A model generated the notes under the pieces. That model saw only the letters and a program-made list of their open reading frames with translations. It ran no database searches and had not been told where the DNA came from. This document shows, piece after piece, positions 50,299 through 64,000 of a stretch of DNA of 64,000 nt. The stretch is from assembly GCF_004010195.1 (NCBI RefSeq), contig NC_057721.1, forward strand, positions 19,134,327 through 19,198,326. Direction: 5' to 3'. The translations under genes and the position numbers were made by a program. The DNA is from Chiloscyllium plagiosum. Lineage: Eukaryota. Every line of letters begins with the position of its first letter. The stretch's first letter is position 1.

Positions 50299-50999
50299 CT
50301 ACCTTTAAAAAGTATTTGAAATCTCATAATTTTGAAGGCTATGGGCCTAATGCTGGAAAGTGTAAATTAGTGTAGATTTGGTGTAGCTTTAATGGTAACA
50401 GACTTGATAGGCAGAAGGGTCTCTTCCGCAATGTATGATGCTATGAAACATTGCGCCTGTTTCAAAGTCACAAAATGGGTCCCATCCATTCTCTGGTTAA
50501 TTTCTCGTGGGAATGCCTTGTCCAATACAGCCAACATGGCAACATAAATATTGTTTTCCCTTGTTTTGTTATTACTTGGGAATTGTCCTGATGACTTCAA
50601 TATATAAACGCTTTAACAAAACGTGAAATCTCTCTTATTTGGTCAGGATCATTCGTTCTGCGATGTTTCTAGTGAGTGAGCGTTCAAGGTTACTGCTCCA
50701 AGGCAATGTCAAAGAGGCTCTGCAAGTTTAATCCATTCTTTTCCAGGGAATGGCTTGACCCACAACAGTCAATATACCAGATCTGTTCTCCTACCGAAGA
50801 CGATGAGATGAGAAGGAAAGAAAATTATTCCACGCTGCTTTAAATATGTTGATATTTTAACTTTTAAGTTTCGAGTACAGCGCATTGCACTGTCTTTCAT
50901 ATGTCAAATTTGTTTTAAAGGAGCCAAATCTGCTGCACACCATTTGATTTGCTGTAAATGTGTTAAACTGGTCGTGCAATAAGCAACACCATCAGCTCC

Positions 51000-51800
51000 G
51001 CCTTCTCCCTGATTTAGGGCGTGCCCAGCCCCCTCCCTGTGGTTTTGAGCGATGCCCAGAGCTGTCTTTGTGGAAGTTATCCCCCGGTCCAGTCACTCCC
51101 GCTCTTTGTTTCCTGGGGGGACACTAAAGTCCCGCGGACCAGGCGGCGCTGTTACTCAGGCCGACTGAAGGACGCTCGGGTCTCGGGCACCGCGGAGGCG
51201 CCTCAAAGAGGAGGAAGCCCTTGCGATTGTGACCTCAGAGGTCGGAGAGCGGGATAGGTCAGTTGTACTTTGGGGAATGTCGGCTCGCTCCCACGCAGTC
51301 CTGCCGCTTGGAGACGGCGGCGGAGATGACTGGGCGGGCTGTTGGAGAGAAGGGTGTGGGGCCGGGGGTTTGGAGGTGGGGCCAGGGCTGAGGGGATGGG
51401 CGGGGTCATGCCCGTAGGGGGCGCGGTCAAGATTGAAGGACATCAGGGCTGGTGGGCGGGACTACGGTTGGCGGCGCTGCAGGGGCGTGGTCAACACCGA
51501 AAGGGGCGGACCAAGGCGCGGTTATGGCTGGCAACGCGGAATGGGCGTGGTCAAGACAAGTGCCAGGAGGGGGCGGGGTCAGTACGGATGCGCGGGGATC
51601 ATTTTGTCGGAGGCGTGTCCATGGCGTTGGGGGCGTGTCCATGGCGTTGGGGGCGTGTCCATGGCGTTGGGGGCGTGTTCAGGGCGGTGAGGGCGCGTTC
51701 AAGGCCGTGGGGGCGTGAAAAGTGTTCTGGGAGGGGGGTTGAGGATGAGGACGAGGACCAGGACCAGGACCAGGACCAGGACGTGGGTATGAATGGAACC
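51000..51800 (+). promoter_or_regulatory. CpG island, candidate GTPBP8 promoter and non-coding exon 1
   Basis: High GC and CpG, many GGGCGG/GGGCGTG boxes, donor AG|gtcagt at 51257/51258; the GTPBP8 ATG exon has an acceptor and needs an upstream exon. Confidence 0.65.
51612..51678. repeat. 20-bp minisatellite x3+ (ggcgtgtccatggcgttggg)
   Basis: Read directly; (ggacca)n follows at 51755-51783. Confidence 0.9.
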
Positions 51801-52052
51801 AAGGCTATGTGCATGTTGCAGATGGTGGATTCTGTAATTGGACAACTGTTTGATTTTGTTTTATGCTTATTATTTTTTTAAAACTGCCTCTGGTTTTGAG
51901 TTATTGAACTGGAACCTTTTATGCATCACATCAGGTTTGTTTCTCCCTTTCTTACGCTTTGTTGTATACAGCAGAATTCCAAACATGTTGCCAGGACTGC
52001 CACTACTACCCGTAAGGTCTGTTCTCATCATGGCACATTGAGAGCAAACAAA

Positions 52053-52422
52053 GCGTCACAGTGACTCAGTGGTTATCATTGCTTCCTCACAGCGTAAGGG
52101 GATCTGGGTTCAATTCCACCCTTGGGTTACTGTCTGTGTGGAGTTTGCATGTTCTGCCTGTGTCTGCATAGGTTTCCTCCAGATGCTCTGATTTCCTTCC
52201 ACAGTCCAAAGATGTGCAGGTTAGGTGTATTGATCATGCTAACTTGGTTCATAGTGTCCAGGGATATGCATGCTAGAGGGATTAACTATGGGAAATGTAG
52301 GGTTACAGGGGTAGGGTAGGGTACGGTAGGGGTGGGTTGGGGTCAGTTGTTCTCTGGATGGTTGGTATGGATTCAATGGGCTGAATTGCCTGCTTTTACA
52401 CTGTAGGGATTCTATAATTCTA
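52053..52422 (+). mobile_element. HE1-like V-SINE
   Basis: tRNA head, V-domain, CR1-like tail gattctata. Confidence 0.8.
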
Positions 52423-53079
52423 AAAGTGGCTTGAGTGCTTTCTGACAGTAACTCACATCTGTCAACAGACTAATTTCTGCATCACCTTTCTTTTGGAAGA
52501 GTCACACAAATTCTTGACTAGTGAGTCAAAGATTATCAGAATTATATGGGAATGTGGAGTTGAGGTTCCAGTCAGAACAGACATGATCCCATTGAATGGT
52601 GGAGCAGGTACATGGGGTTAAATGGCCTTCTCTTCTAATTTGTGTGCTCTGAAGCTGTTGGCCATGTTAATGATTGGATAGCTGAGCATCAATCAGGGTT
52701 ACCCAAAGTAAAGAGATTGCATCCTTTGAGAATAAAACATTGCAGGACCATGTGGCTAAAATAAGAAATAAGATGTCTGCAATCCTCACTCCCATAAAGT
52801 CATTGAACGTCTTGACACTCATTATTGTACTTTGTAATCGAACCTGTAGCTGGAGGCAAGCTCAGATGACAGTTCACAGAAGGGAGCTGCTTAGTGCCAA
52901 AAGCCTTGTGAATGGTATGAGAATAGCAGCACACCCAATGGTGTACCCGGACCTGAACTACAAGCTAGCAGTCGCTCACATGATAGACATGATGTGGAGG
53001 TGCCGCTGTTGGACTGGGCTGTACAAGGTCAGAAGATACACAACACCAGAGGTGGGAGAGCAGTACAGGCAGCTGTACT

Positions 53080-56000
53080 TTCGGCTGCTCCCAGGCAGTC
53101 CTGCCTCAGCAATTTCAATGTATTTCCAATTAAACTAATCATATCACTGAATGACAAAGAGGTGGGCAGGCTTGTGGTCCACCCCTGGTCCTTCATGATG
53201 TTTCCCAGACACTTCTTGAGGCTAGTCACAATGGATACTGTTGAAGATCTTTCCTGCTTTTCTAACTCACATGTAAACCAAATATGGGCTCTGTTACTTC
53301 TCATTATTGGCTTTGGTTCAATGATGTATGATCTTTGTTGGAATCCATCTTATGCAGGTATAGTTTGACTTTCAGCAACTTAGTCAGGGATTTAATATGC
53401 TTTTTGAAGTATTGACCTCCTTCTGCTTGTGCATTAGTCGGTTCTTACTGGGAGGGAATGTCTTTCTTGGGAGTGTTGTCTCATAGTTTCTTCTATTACA
53501 TGGCTCTGTAGATGATTGAGAGGTGTAGATTGGAGTGATAAGGCGAGACTCTGGTTTTGGCATTTGCAAGAGTACTCCTAACCATTTTGATATGTATTTC
53601 TGTAAATGTATGACCCCTTTGGTCATGTAGTGATGACATTATGACATTGAGTGGACCCCTGAAATTCTCTGGAGGTAATCTGAGTCAGATTGAGACACAA
53701 TATTTGTAGTGATTTTTTAAAAAAATGAGTAGGACTTAATTGCTGAGGTGATTGTGGTTGCTGTCAAGCCTTTTATCTTCCAGAAAAAAGGGAAATTTGA
53801 GTAGTGGCCTGAAACTGGGAGGGACTTGATTGTATGAATAAATTGGCTCCTGATCTGAGTGGTACTTCAGTAGGTATAATTTCTTTTTTCTACTGTGTCT
53901 TTCTGTACTTCTGGCATACATTGTATATAGATGCCTATCCAGTACATAGCTGGTTTGGCTAGTTTAACTCGATCGATTCCCACGTGACCTTCATTTAGCT
54001 TCTGGAGAACTTCTTTCTGCATCGTTATAGGTATGGTTTTTCCAGATCAAGCTAGAAGAACACTTTCTCCTAGTGAGAGGTCATCTCTAATATCCACCAA
54101 TATTGCAGTATTGGTCTGGGCTTGATGTTCCTTTTAGGCTTAGACCAATTGCCGATGGAGCATTTTTAACTTTCATCCTTACTCATATCTCTAATTTGAT
54201 TCAGTTTTGGTGATGTTACTTTCATTAAGTGATGGATCTTTATAACCAGATCCTTAAATGAGATAGGCTGCTGCTCTCCACAAATACTTAGCCTCAGGAT
54301 AGCAAGGCCATCTGTTTCAGTGGTGTATAACATATAATTAACACTTTATTTTTGTTTTTGTGTGCATTTCTATCACATGGGTTGGTCCAAGCTGTCAAAT
54401 CTCAGTTCCCATGCATGATGTTGACTTGATTTTCAAGAAGGTTTCCTTGGTAACCACCATCTTTTAAGTTTTCAGGGAATATCATCAGGTATAGTCTGAG
54501 TGAGTGGGGTAATGTTACTGTGTTCTCTTGGATCAAGCTTCAGCTTTAAATTGTTTTCATTCCATGGCTATGCCCTTAATTCTCATGGTTTTCCTGATCT
54601 GAATGCATTAATTTATTTTCTTTGGGAACGGTCACATCCAGCCACTCATGTAGTTGTGTGGATCCTATGCCTATTGTGTTCTCAATCTTATCATCACCTT
54701 CCAGAGTGTGGTGTTTTTGATTCTTTTTCCTTATTATTCACCATGTTGCTGTATCTCACGATAGTCACAGCTGATGGGAATATTAGACTAGCCAGATTCC
54801 AGAGTGAAACCTGACTTGATAGACAATAATTTTTAGTTTTTCAATTCAATATTCCATGTTGGACAGTCACTGAACATATTCACAAGAGGCTGTAAATGTA
54901 CTTTTAAATAACATAGGTTAATTACACAAATGAAATAAAAATTTTAAAAAGCTATCTATTTGGTCAATTTCAAATAATCTTATCATAAATAGCAAAACGA
55001 AAGATTCAATTCTGTTCATCAACAAAATGCTTTACAGACTCTTAATCCCAGAGAAGTATAACTGCTATCTTCATTTCAAAATTTCTTACTGAACTGATGA
55101 GGTTATAAGCATTTTCTTTCCATGACTTTCTGCACATTCACCAGATGTGATTGTCTGAATTACAGTCTCTACCCAAAGCGCCTACCCACCAGGTTAATTC
55201 ACTGACCTTTCTCACTGAGAACTAAGGCAAAAAAAACAAGGCTTTGCCTACTCTTCAACTGTTAAACAGCATATCTGCTCATGTGGATCTTTTCTTTTGA
55301 ACTGTCACCCTGCTTTTAGACCCTGGCTTCCTCTTTTGTAAGTTGTAAAAGCTCAATAAGCAGCAATTATCTCTCCAGGTAGCTTCTTAAGTCATTGAGC
55401 TTAACTCTCATGATTTCTTAGATAGGCAGTCTTTAGCTGATGGTTCCAAATGACTCTCTGACCTTTTCGTTTTTAAGAAAAAGCAGACCTTTGCAGCACT
55501 TAAAACCAAAAATCCTTTGACCTTTAATTTAGAATCCAAGTTCCCCAATAATAACATATTGTAAGCCTTCATCATGTTCTGATAATTCATATACCATCTT
55601 TCTTTGTATGTTTTCCCAATGATTTGGTGTTATACAGATTCAACAGTTTAATTCACGTGTGTCAGTTCCTCTGACTGAACTTATGGTTGCCTGCAGCTTT
55701 TGCACATCTTTCTCTCTCAGCTGTGCATTATGTTGCTGCTGTTCCACTGCATCCACCCTGCTTAGTTACTCTTCGATGCTACTGAAACCTAACTGTTTGG
55801 ATAGGCAGCATGTTTACCTGTCCACCCCTGGCTTTGTGTGTTCTGATAATGTCTGCAGTTTGTGATATTGTGAGCTTATTACTTTAGACCTTAGGTATTG
55901 TACTTTCCGATGTACAAAACCCAAAATCAGCTGATCTTGTTGTCTTTCACTTTTGTCCTTGATTTTCTATTTTCGGGCTGCATTTATCAGTCTTGTGAAG

Positions 56001-56370
56001 AAATGGTCATAAGGCTAAGCTGGTTCCTGCTTCTGTCTTTGAAATTGGTATTGGTAGATCCAATGTTTTGATTTTGATTGGAAGGTGTGTGATGGATTTT
56101 TCACAACTGTTGTCTGGGGTTTTGCTGTCAGCTTTACTCGGCTTCCAGCTATTAAATAAATTAAGCCCTTGCTCTCCTGCCCACAAAATGATGTTGCTGA
56201 ATTCTTCCTCTTCATTTATGGCCTGTAGCAACCTATTGAATATCAGACTTCAGTTTTGTTTGAACTTCCCAAATGCTTTCACAGCATCATTACCCTCCCA
56301 GTCTGCCGTGCTGCTGTCTGTTCATTGCTGCAGCAACCATTTTGATTTTGCATGATTCACTCCACATATC
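53080..56370 (-). mobile_element. Heavily decayed Ty3/Gypsy internal region
   Basis: Gag-like ILWAGEQGLNLFNSW (about 56150-56195); integrase zinc-binding region QKEVLQKLNEGHVGIDRVK...MYW (53935-54022). LTRs not resolved. Confidence 0.6.
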
Positions 56371-57157
56371 TTTCTGACACATTTAGATTAATTTTTCAAT
56401 TTAATTGAGCATTAAATTCACCTAACATGTTGAAGTTTTTGTTTATAGACAGCTATCACCGCTATATTAAGCCTTCTGGTTCCTACACATCTGACCTCTT
56501 TGCTGGAGCTTTGTTGAGTACTCTTTCAGCTCTCCATGTGGCTGGTAAACTGATATGTGGTTACTCTGAGCATGACAGTACTGCAATAAAATGTGATGCC
56601 TCGGATATACGTTCTTAGAATGTTTTTTTTTACTTCAGTATTATAATAAATACAGACAACTTTTCATTGGTCAGTGATTTCTTTGCGTTTTACTTTCTCT
56701 TCCAGGTTGCTCAAGAGCAATGTAAAAAGTTTAATCTCTAACTTGTGTAAAACCTGATCAATCCTAGCAACCAGAATTTGTTGTGACTGTCTTTTATAGA
56801 AAACACATTGATGTATGTTCTTCTTGCTTCCTAGAATACTCATTGCCATGAGTTTTTTCACTGTGAGATGGGCTGGAATTATTCCTGTTCATTAATCAGA
56901 TTACTGTACCAGGCCAGTTGTGAGATGACCAAGTGTAGGTGTAGCTTTTCCTATTCTCCAATGAGGAGAGGACTATGGCCTTTACATTACCTCTGGTATA
57001 GGCTCTGGAGCCACTGCCTTCACTTCCTACTGTAAAACTGAAGTGATGTGCTGCAATGCTGTCACTAGCATAAGGCTTTACCAAAAAGAGAAAGCAGATC
57101 TGTTAAAATTCCGTGGAACACAGGAATACAAGTAGGCCAGTGAGCCTTTCGAGGTAT

Positions 57158-57373
57158 CTAGGCAAAAGTGAGGGCTGCAGGTGCTGGAGATTAGAGTTGA
57201 GAGTGTAGTGCTGGAAAAGCACAGCAGGTCAGGCAGCATCCGAGGAGCAGAAGAGTTGATGACTCGGGCATAAGCCCTTCATCAGGAAGCCCGAAACATC
57301 AACTGACCTGCTCCTCGGATGCTGCCTGACCTGCTGTGCTTTTCTTGACCTGCTGTGCTTTTCCAGCATCACA
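57158..57373. mobile_element. Palindromic Penelope-derived element
   Basis: Inverted arms; near-TSD ctttcgaggtat (57146-57157) and ctttcaaggtat (57374-57385). Confidence 0.8.
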
Positions 57374-58114
57374 CTTTCAAGGTATGTGGCAGTTCACCAC
57401 CTTTTTATTCATTCCGCGGGTAACTATTAGATTGGTTGATGTTGTGAACATTTCCCTGAACAAAAAATAAAGCTACGGCTTCTGAAGCCCTGAAAGAAAA
57501 ATAGAAATGTCAAGAAAATATGAGAGTTGATATTTCAGGCAAAAATATATTTTGCACCTGTTGCAAAAATCTAGTGTAGAGGTGGTGTTCTAGAATTTAA
57601 TTTTTTTGAAGATTTAAGAATTAACCTTTTAACAGGAGAAAATGGTGCATCTGATTGAGAAACTGATAAACAACACTGAAATAAATGCAATTCAAACAAG
57701 CTGGAGTTTGTTGCATTTAAAAGGTTGGGACTGTGTTAACTTAAGAGGTCAATAGCTAGAAAATCAAACTCCTAAACAGCAGTCAGCTTGCTGTTGGTGC
57801 TGGCTATTCTGGAAGAACTGTCTTGTCTTTTCTTCCCATCTGCTCCAGTGGTGTGTAGTAACGTTTCTGAATAGGTCAATGAAAACAAAAGACAGAAAAG
57901 CTGTTCTGTATTTAGAAAGCAGTTCCAAAACCATGCCAGCTTTGGGTCTTATTAGCTTATAGCTCCTTAGAAGTCAAAAGATCAAGATGGATCTACACAG
58001 GAACTAGAGTCAGTGCTAGATTTGTTTCTACTAGATCTACGATGCAGTCTGTGGTCGGTAGCTGGTATTTACTATTAAACCAAATTGGTCTGGGGAAAAA
58101 AATGAACAATGACT

Positions 58115-58748
58115 GTTGAAGAAGTGTTTGGTGTGCTTTTGTTTATTGTTCAGAGTATTGAGTACAGGAGTTGGGAGGTCATGTTGCGGCTGTACATTGG
58201 TTAGGCCACTTTTGGAATATTGCACGCAATTCTGGTCGTCTCCTTTATCAGAAGGATGTTGAAAGGGTTCAGAAAAGATTTACAAGGATGTTGCCAGGGT
58301 TGGAGGATTTGAGCTACAGGGAGAAGCTGAATTCGCTGGGGTTGTTTTCCCTGGAGCATCGGAGGCTAAGGGACCTTATAGAGGTTTATAAAATCTGGAG
58401 GGGCTGGATAGGATAAATAGACAAAGTCTTTTCCTAGGAGTGGGGGAGTCCAGAACTAAAGGCCATAGGTTCAGGGTGAGAGGGGAAAGATATAAAAGGA
58501 ACCTAACGGGCAACATTTTCACGCAGAGTTCTGCGTGTATGGAATGAACTGCCAGAGGAAGTGGTGAAGGCTGGCACAATTACAGCTTTTAAAAGGCACC
58601 TGTGTTGGTATATGAATAGGAAGGGTTTAGAGGGTATGGGCCAAGTGCTGGCAAATGGAACTAGATTGGGTTGGGATATCTGGTCGGCATGGGCGTGTTG
58701 GACCAAAGGGTCTGTTTCCATGCTGTACATCTCGATGAAACTGTGACT
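58115..58748 (+). mobile_element. CR1 3' fragment
   Basis: ERVQKRFTRMLPGLEDLSYREKL and CR1 3' UTR. Confidence 0.85.
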
Positions 58749-59966
58749 GGAAGTTTCTTCAAGGAAAAAAAATCCAGTTATTCCCCTCAGTAAAATACAG
58801 TTAACTTTGTTGCACTTGGAGTCCTGCAAGTCATCAGCTTGATATCGTAGCAGTGAACTCTTGGAAACAAGGAGTATTCTCCATCATTTTAAGTCATTGC
58901 ACAGGAGTTGCAGGATGGTCCATGCTGGATCTGTGGCGTCTAGAATCATGAGGTTTTAAAGGAAAGTTTGAGCGTCGCTTAACGCAGAAATTTGCTCCTT
59001 TGGCAAATAAATGGAGAGCTGAAGAGAATTCAGAGGGTGGTGATCTACCTTTCAAGATTTTATATGAGAAGGAAACTGTTGACGAGATGTAAAAAAAAGA
59101 ACTGAGTTTATAACATGGGTATTTATATGCTATAGTTTTAAATTAATAGTACTTGTTTAATTTCATTTAATTAGCAGTAGAATTTTGTGTGTAAGTGTGA
59201 AGTTTTGTGGCATAGTTCTGTCGGTTAATTGCGAGAATGGTGTCATTTTTGAGGAAGGTAACAGATGTGGTTCCCTTATCTAAGGAAACATTCTGGCATT
59301 GGAGGCAGACCAGAGAAGGCTTGGAGGTATGGAGGGACTTTCTTATGAATAGGTTAGCCCTGTAGCCATTGCAGTTTAGAAGAATGAAGTGACCTTATTG
59401 AAACATAGTTTAGATGTGGAGAGGTTGGTTTGTCTTGTGGGAGCATCTAGGATCATGGGGCATAATCTCTGAATAAGAGGTCACCATTTAAGACAGGGAT
59501 GATGAGAAATTTCTTCCAAGATAGTGCATCTGTGGAATTCATTATTGCAGATGGCTGTAGAGGCTACTTCATTAGATATATTCAAGACAGAAATAGACAT
59601 TTCTCATCGTAAGTAAATCAAGGACCATTGGAAAAAGGCAGGAAAGTAGTGTTGAGGATTATCAGATCAGCGGTGATCTCATTGAATAACAGAACAGACT
59701 CTGGGCTGAGTGGCGGATGTTTTATGGCCTTATGGTCTAACTTTAGAACATAGAACATTATAGTGCAGTATAGGCTCTTCGTCCCTCGATGTTACATCAA
59801 CCTGTGGAACCAATCTGAAGTCTATCTATCCTACTATTCTATTTTCATCCATATGTTTATCCAATGACCATTTAAATGCCCTTAACATTGGCGAGTCTAC
59901 CACTGTTGCAGGCAAGGTGTTCCATGGCCCTACTACTCTGAGTAAAGAAACTACCTCTGACACCTG

Positions 59967-60266
59967 AGTGGTTAGCACTGCTGCCTCACAGCGCCAGAGA
60001 CCCGGGTTCAATTTCTGCCTCAGGCAACTGTGTGGAGTTTGCACATTCTCCCAGTGTCTGCGTGGGTTTCCTCCGGGTGCTCCGGTTTCTTCCCACAGTC
60101 CAAAAATGTGCAGGTCAGGTGAATTGGCCATGCTAAATTGCCCATAGTGTTAGGTGAAGGGGTAAATGTAGGGGAATGGGTCTGGGTGGGTTGTGCTTCG
60201 GTGGGTCAGTGTGGACTTGTTGGGCCGAAGGGCCTGTTTCCACACTGTAAGTAATCTAATCTAATC
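59967..60266 (+). mobile_element. HE1-like V-SINE
   Basis: agtggttagcactgctgcctcacag...gggttcaatt; (taatc)n tail. Confidence 0.85.
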
Positions 60267-60624
60267 ATGTATTAAAGGAAAAAGGAAGGAAAGAAATGTG
60301 CAGATGTGTATTTTTACATAAACACACACAAAAAAGCCAGGTTGCTTTACCTTTCATGAGTATAATTCAACTAACTTCTCTTCAACAGTTTCCTTCTCTT
60401 ACGAAATCTTGAAAGGTAGACAACCACTGTCCAGAATCCACTCTGAATTCTCTGCAGTTCTTTGTTAAGCAAAACTAAGTGTTTCCAACTTCAGGTGAGC
60501 ACTTTAGACATATTCTGAATCTCGCTTTGAAATGTTTAGCTTATTTGATGCTGCTTTTCTCTTTTAATTTACATTTTTCCATTTTAGGTTAGTCTGCAAT
60601 TAAGTAAAGCAAGAAATTGGAAGA

Positions 60625-60978
60625 ATGCTCACAATACGAACGTGTTTTCTACAGTTGTCACACGCGTTAAAAGCAAAACCAGTGTGCAAGAGGGTAACTT
60701 CAGTCTGCATGGTGCATAGACACTCTCACAAGTTAGCTTCTATCCACAGTGTCTTCAAACTTAGTGAGAAGAAGCAAAACAGTATTATTTTTCCATTCAA
60801 AGACTTGGAAAGGTACCTGGTCAAAAATGTAAATAAAACGAAGTTTCAAATGTTTGCTCCAAGTTTTGAGGATATTGGAAATGCAGAACAACTCTTCACA
60901 CCTTCACATAAGCACTGTATCGATTATTTCACCTCTGCTGTCAGGATTGATCATGCACCAACAACAGCACAGCCAGAG
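60625..60978 (+). CDS. GTPBP8: GTP-binding protein 8 (EngB/YihA family), first coding exon
   Basis: Acceptor ccattttag| 60588; ATG 60625; basic N-terminus resembling a mitochondrial presequence; ...IDYFTSAVRIDHAPTTAQPE|gttagt; 354 nt, phase 0, joins the next exon in frame. Confidence 0.88.
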
Positions 60979-61024
60979 GTTAGTGCTACTTTTCTCCATA
61001 GTTCATTTATGACTTATTATGTAT

Positions 61025-62000
61025 CAGTCATAGAATCATAGAGATGTACAGCATGGAAACAGACCCTTCGGTCCAACTTGTCCATGCCAACCAGATATCC
61101 CAACCCAATCTAGTTCCATTTGCCAACATTTGCCCCATATCCCTCTAAACCCTTCCTATTCATATACTCATCCAGATGCCTTTTAAATGTTGCAATTGTG
61201 CCAGCCTCCACCACTTCCTTTGGCAGCACATTCCAAACATGTACTTCCCTCTGCGTGAAAATGTTGCCCCTTAGGTCCCTTTTATATCTTCCTCCTCTCA
61301 CCTTAAACCCATGTCCTCTAGTTCTGGACTCCCTCACCCCAGGGAGAAAACTTTGTCTTTTTATCCTATCCATGTCCTTCATAATTTTATAACCCTCTAT
61401 AAGGTTACCCCTCAGCCTCCGACGCTCCAGGGAAAACAGCACCTGCCTATTCAGCCTCTCCCCATAACTCAAATCCTCCAACCCTGGCAACATCCTTGTA
61501 AATCTTTTCTGAACCCTTTCAAGTTTCACAACATCCTTCTGATAGGAAGGAGACCAGAATTGCACGCAAATTCCAAAAGTAGCCTAACCCAATGCCCTGC
61601 ACAGCTGCACCATGCCCTCCCAACTCCTGTACTCAATACTCTGACCAATAAAGGAAAGCATACCAAGCGCTTTCTTCACTATCCTATCTACCTGCGACTC
61701 CACTTTCATGGAGCTATGAACCCGCACTCCAAGGTCTCTTTGTTCAGCAACACTCCCCAGGACCTTACCATTAAGTGTATAAGTCCTTCTAAGATTTGCT
61801 TTTCCAAAATGCAGCACCTCACATTTATCTGAAGTAAACTTCATCTGCCACTCCTCAGCTCATTGGCCCATCTGGTCAAGATCCTGTTGTAATCTGAGGT
61901 AACCCTCTTCGCTGTCCACTACACCTCCAATTTTGGTGTCATCTACAAACTTACTAACTATACCTCCTATGTTCACATCCAAATCATTTATATAAATGAG
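61025..62000 (-). mobile_element. CR1 3' fragment in GTPBP8 intron
   Basis: KCEVLHFGKANL, LERVQKRFTRMLPGL, WNVLPKEVV. Confidence 0.9.
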
Positions 62001-63261
62001 GAAAACAACAAGCAATAACAACTTCTGTTGTTGAAAGTTAGAGACATTTCATCAATTTTCTTTGTCTTATACTCAGCAGGACAAGCCATAAGAATGACAA
62101 TAATGGGGCAAAGACTGGAATAGTGCTGAGTAGCAGTATATTCTGATTGGTAGAGGCATCGCCATGGAGAATGTAGCAGTTGAAGATGATTGTCAGTTAA
62201 CCACTAGGCTTTGTTTAGATTTCAAACCAGGCAGGTTGACACTGGTCAGGGTGTGAGAATCACTGGGTTGGAGAAAGTGGAAACTGTCAGACCAAATAAT
62301 GCTGAGTGCAACTTGTAAGGGTAATGAGGATCTGAAGTCAATGTGTTGGGTAATGGAAAACCTGGGGAAGTGGTTGGTGACAGACAGAAGATAGGATGCG
62401 GGTAGCAAAGTCTACAGTAAAGAGATATTTGAAGATATTAAGCATGGGATTAACAAAGGTGTCGATGAAGTTTATATCAGCAGTGCAGTGGGCATAGAAG
62501 AAGAGATCATTTGAGAGTCAAATCCAGTGAATGATAAGACTCCATGATAAGAAGTGAAACCAAAGGAGCACAAAGTAAGGTGAAAGCTGCCAGAGGAGGA
62601 TTTTTTTTAAATGAGGCCAGATGTGGGAATGAGTAAAGAATACAGTCTCAGCAGATAGCAAGATATTAAATGGAAGCTGTATTAAAGTCTGTAAAGTTGG
62701 TAAGACATATAATTCACCCAAGGAGAAAACAGAACAATTCTCCCTTTGACTATGGTTCCAGAGTTCTGGTACACTGAATAATGCAGTAATCTCCCTGTCT
62801 CCAGTATTCTGTACCTTTTGGTATTGGAATTGGTGCCAACTATATCAACTCTCGGAAGAGTTTCAACTATTGAATGTGGATTGGGGAATAAAATTAATTT
62901 TGACTAAACCATGAAAGTGATGGTCATAGGATGGAGAGATTTTAATTTCTCTTGTGAACATAAGCATTGCTGGCTGGCCAACATTCATTGGCCTTGAGAA
63001 GGTGGTAAGCCACCTTTTTGAACTGCTGCAGGTTGACTCACAATGCTCTTAGGAAAGAAATTCCAGGATTTTGACCGAGTGACACTGAAAGAATGGCAAT
63101 ATGCTTCCACGATTGGATCGTGAGTAGCTTAGAAGGTAACTTTCAGTTGGTGCTGTTTCCACTAAATTGTTACAGTATCTATACATACAACTTGAAGCCA
63201 AGGGTTTGAAGCCCTTACACAACTCAATCAAAATATCATGGAATTGAGATCTTTGATATGA

Positions 63262-63480
<219 letters not shown>

Positions 63481-63619
63481 TGAACATCCTGACTCCAAAG
63501 TTAGAGGTTCTTCAGGTACTCCTCTTCTTTCCCCTGAATCCCTTTGTAATCCCATAACACTCCTGCTAACCTTAAGTTGATCGCCCAAAGACTACTTTTC
63601 TAAAAAACACAAGTACCAC

Positions 63620-63770
63620 GGTGCTGTAAATCAGAGATAAAAATAGAAATTGCTGGAAAAGCTCAGTAGGTCTGGCAGCATCTGTTGGAAGAAATCAGAG
63701 TTAACACTTCAGGTCGAGTGACCCTTCTTCAGGTCACTCAACCCAAAATTTTAACTCTGACTTTACTTAC
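63620..63770. mobile_element. Penelope-derived element, partial palindrome
   Basis: Same subfamily as 8325-8564. Confidence 0.65.
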
Positions 63771-64000
63771 TTCTTTTCTCTACCTCCCCACCTCTTTTAT
63801 TTCTTCCAACGACTCATTCTCTGTTAATCTGATACGCTCACAGAATTCTTTACTCAGGATTCCGATTTTGTAGATGACATCCATCCAATGTTCTCTCCTC
63901 TGTAATGCTGCTAACATAGTTTTTAAAAAGTACTTCAAGAGAAGAAAGAGGAACTAACAATGTTCTGAATGCAAGGTTTTATAAGGTGATTACATTTTGA

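Noticed and set aside
60979-61041. ORF continuation past the GTPBP8 exon
   Set aside because: Read-through into the intron after the GAG|gttagt donor.

Overview
Vertebrate genomic DNA, most likely from a cartilaginous fish (shark-type HE1-like SINEs plus CR1, Tx1, Rex1 and Penelope repeats; species inferred, not determined). Three host genes are visible. (1) An intronless, very GC-rich BTB-BACK-Kelch gene of the KLHL34 type (minus strand, 24-1895). (2) A complete small spliced gene, SMPX (minus strand, coding exons 38031-38066, 37795-37881 and 32502-32630, 83 aa), which the ORF track largely misses; it has probable non-coding first and last exons and a MEF2-containing promoter. (3) The first two coding exons of GTPBP8 (plus strand), with a candidate CpG-island promoter about 9 kb upstream. 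The rest is mostly mobile DNA: many CR1/L2 fragments, Tx1 LINEs, a Rex1 LINE, a Gmr1-like Gypsy LTR element with tRNA-Pro PBS and 4-bp TSD nested in a CR1, a second decayed Gypsy, decayed Harbinger transposons, and SINEs. There is also a dense family of short, TSD-flanked, palindromic Penelope-derived insertions carrying minimal hammerhead-ribozyme cores. Three N-gaps are present. No CRISPR arrays, rRNA or intact tRNA genes were seen, and I see no evidence for a wholly new system; the hammerhead palindromes are the most unusual signal.
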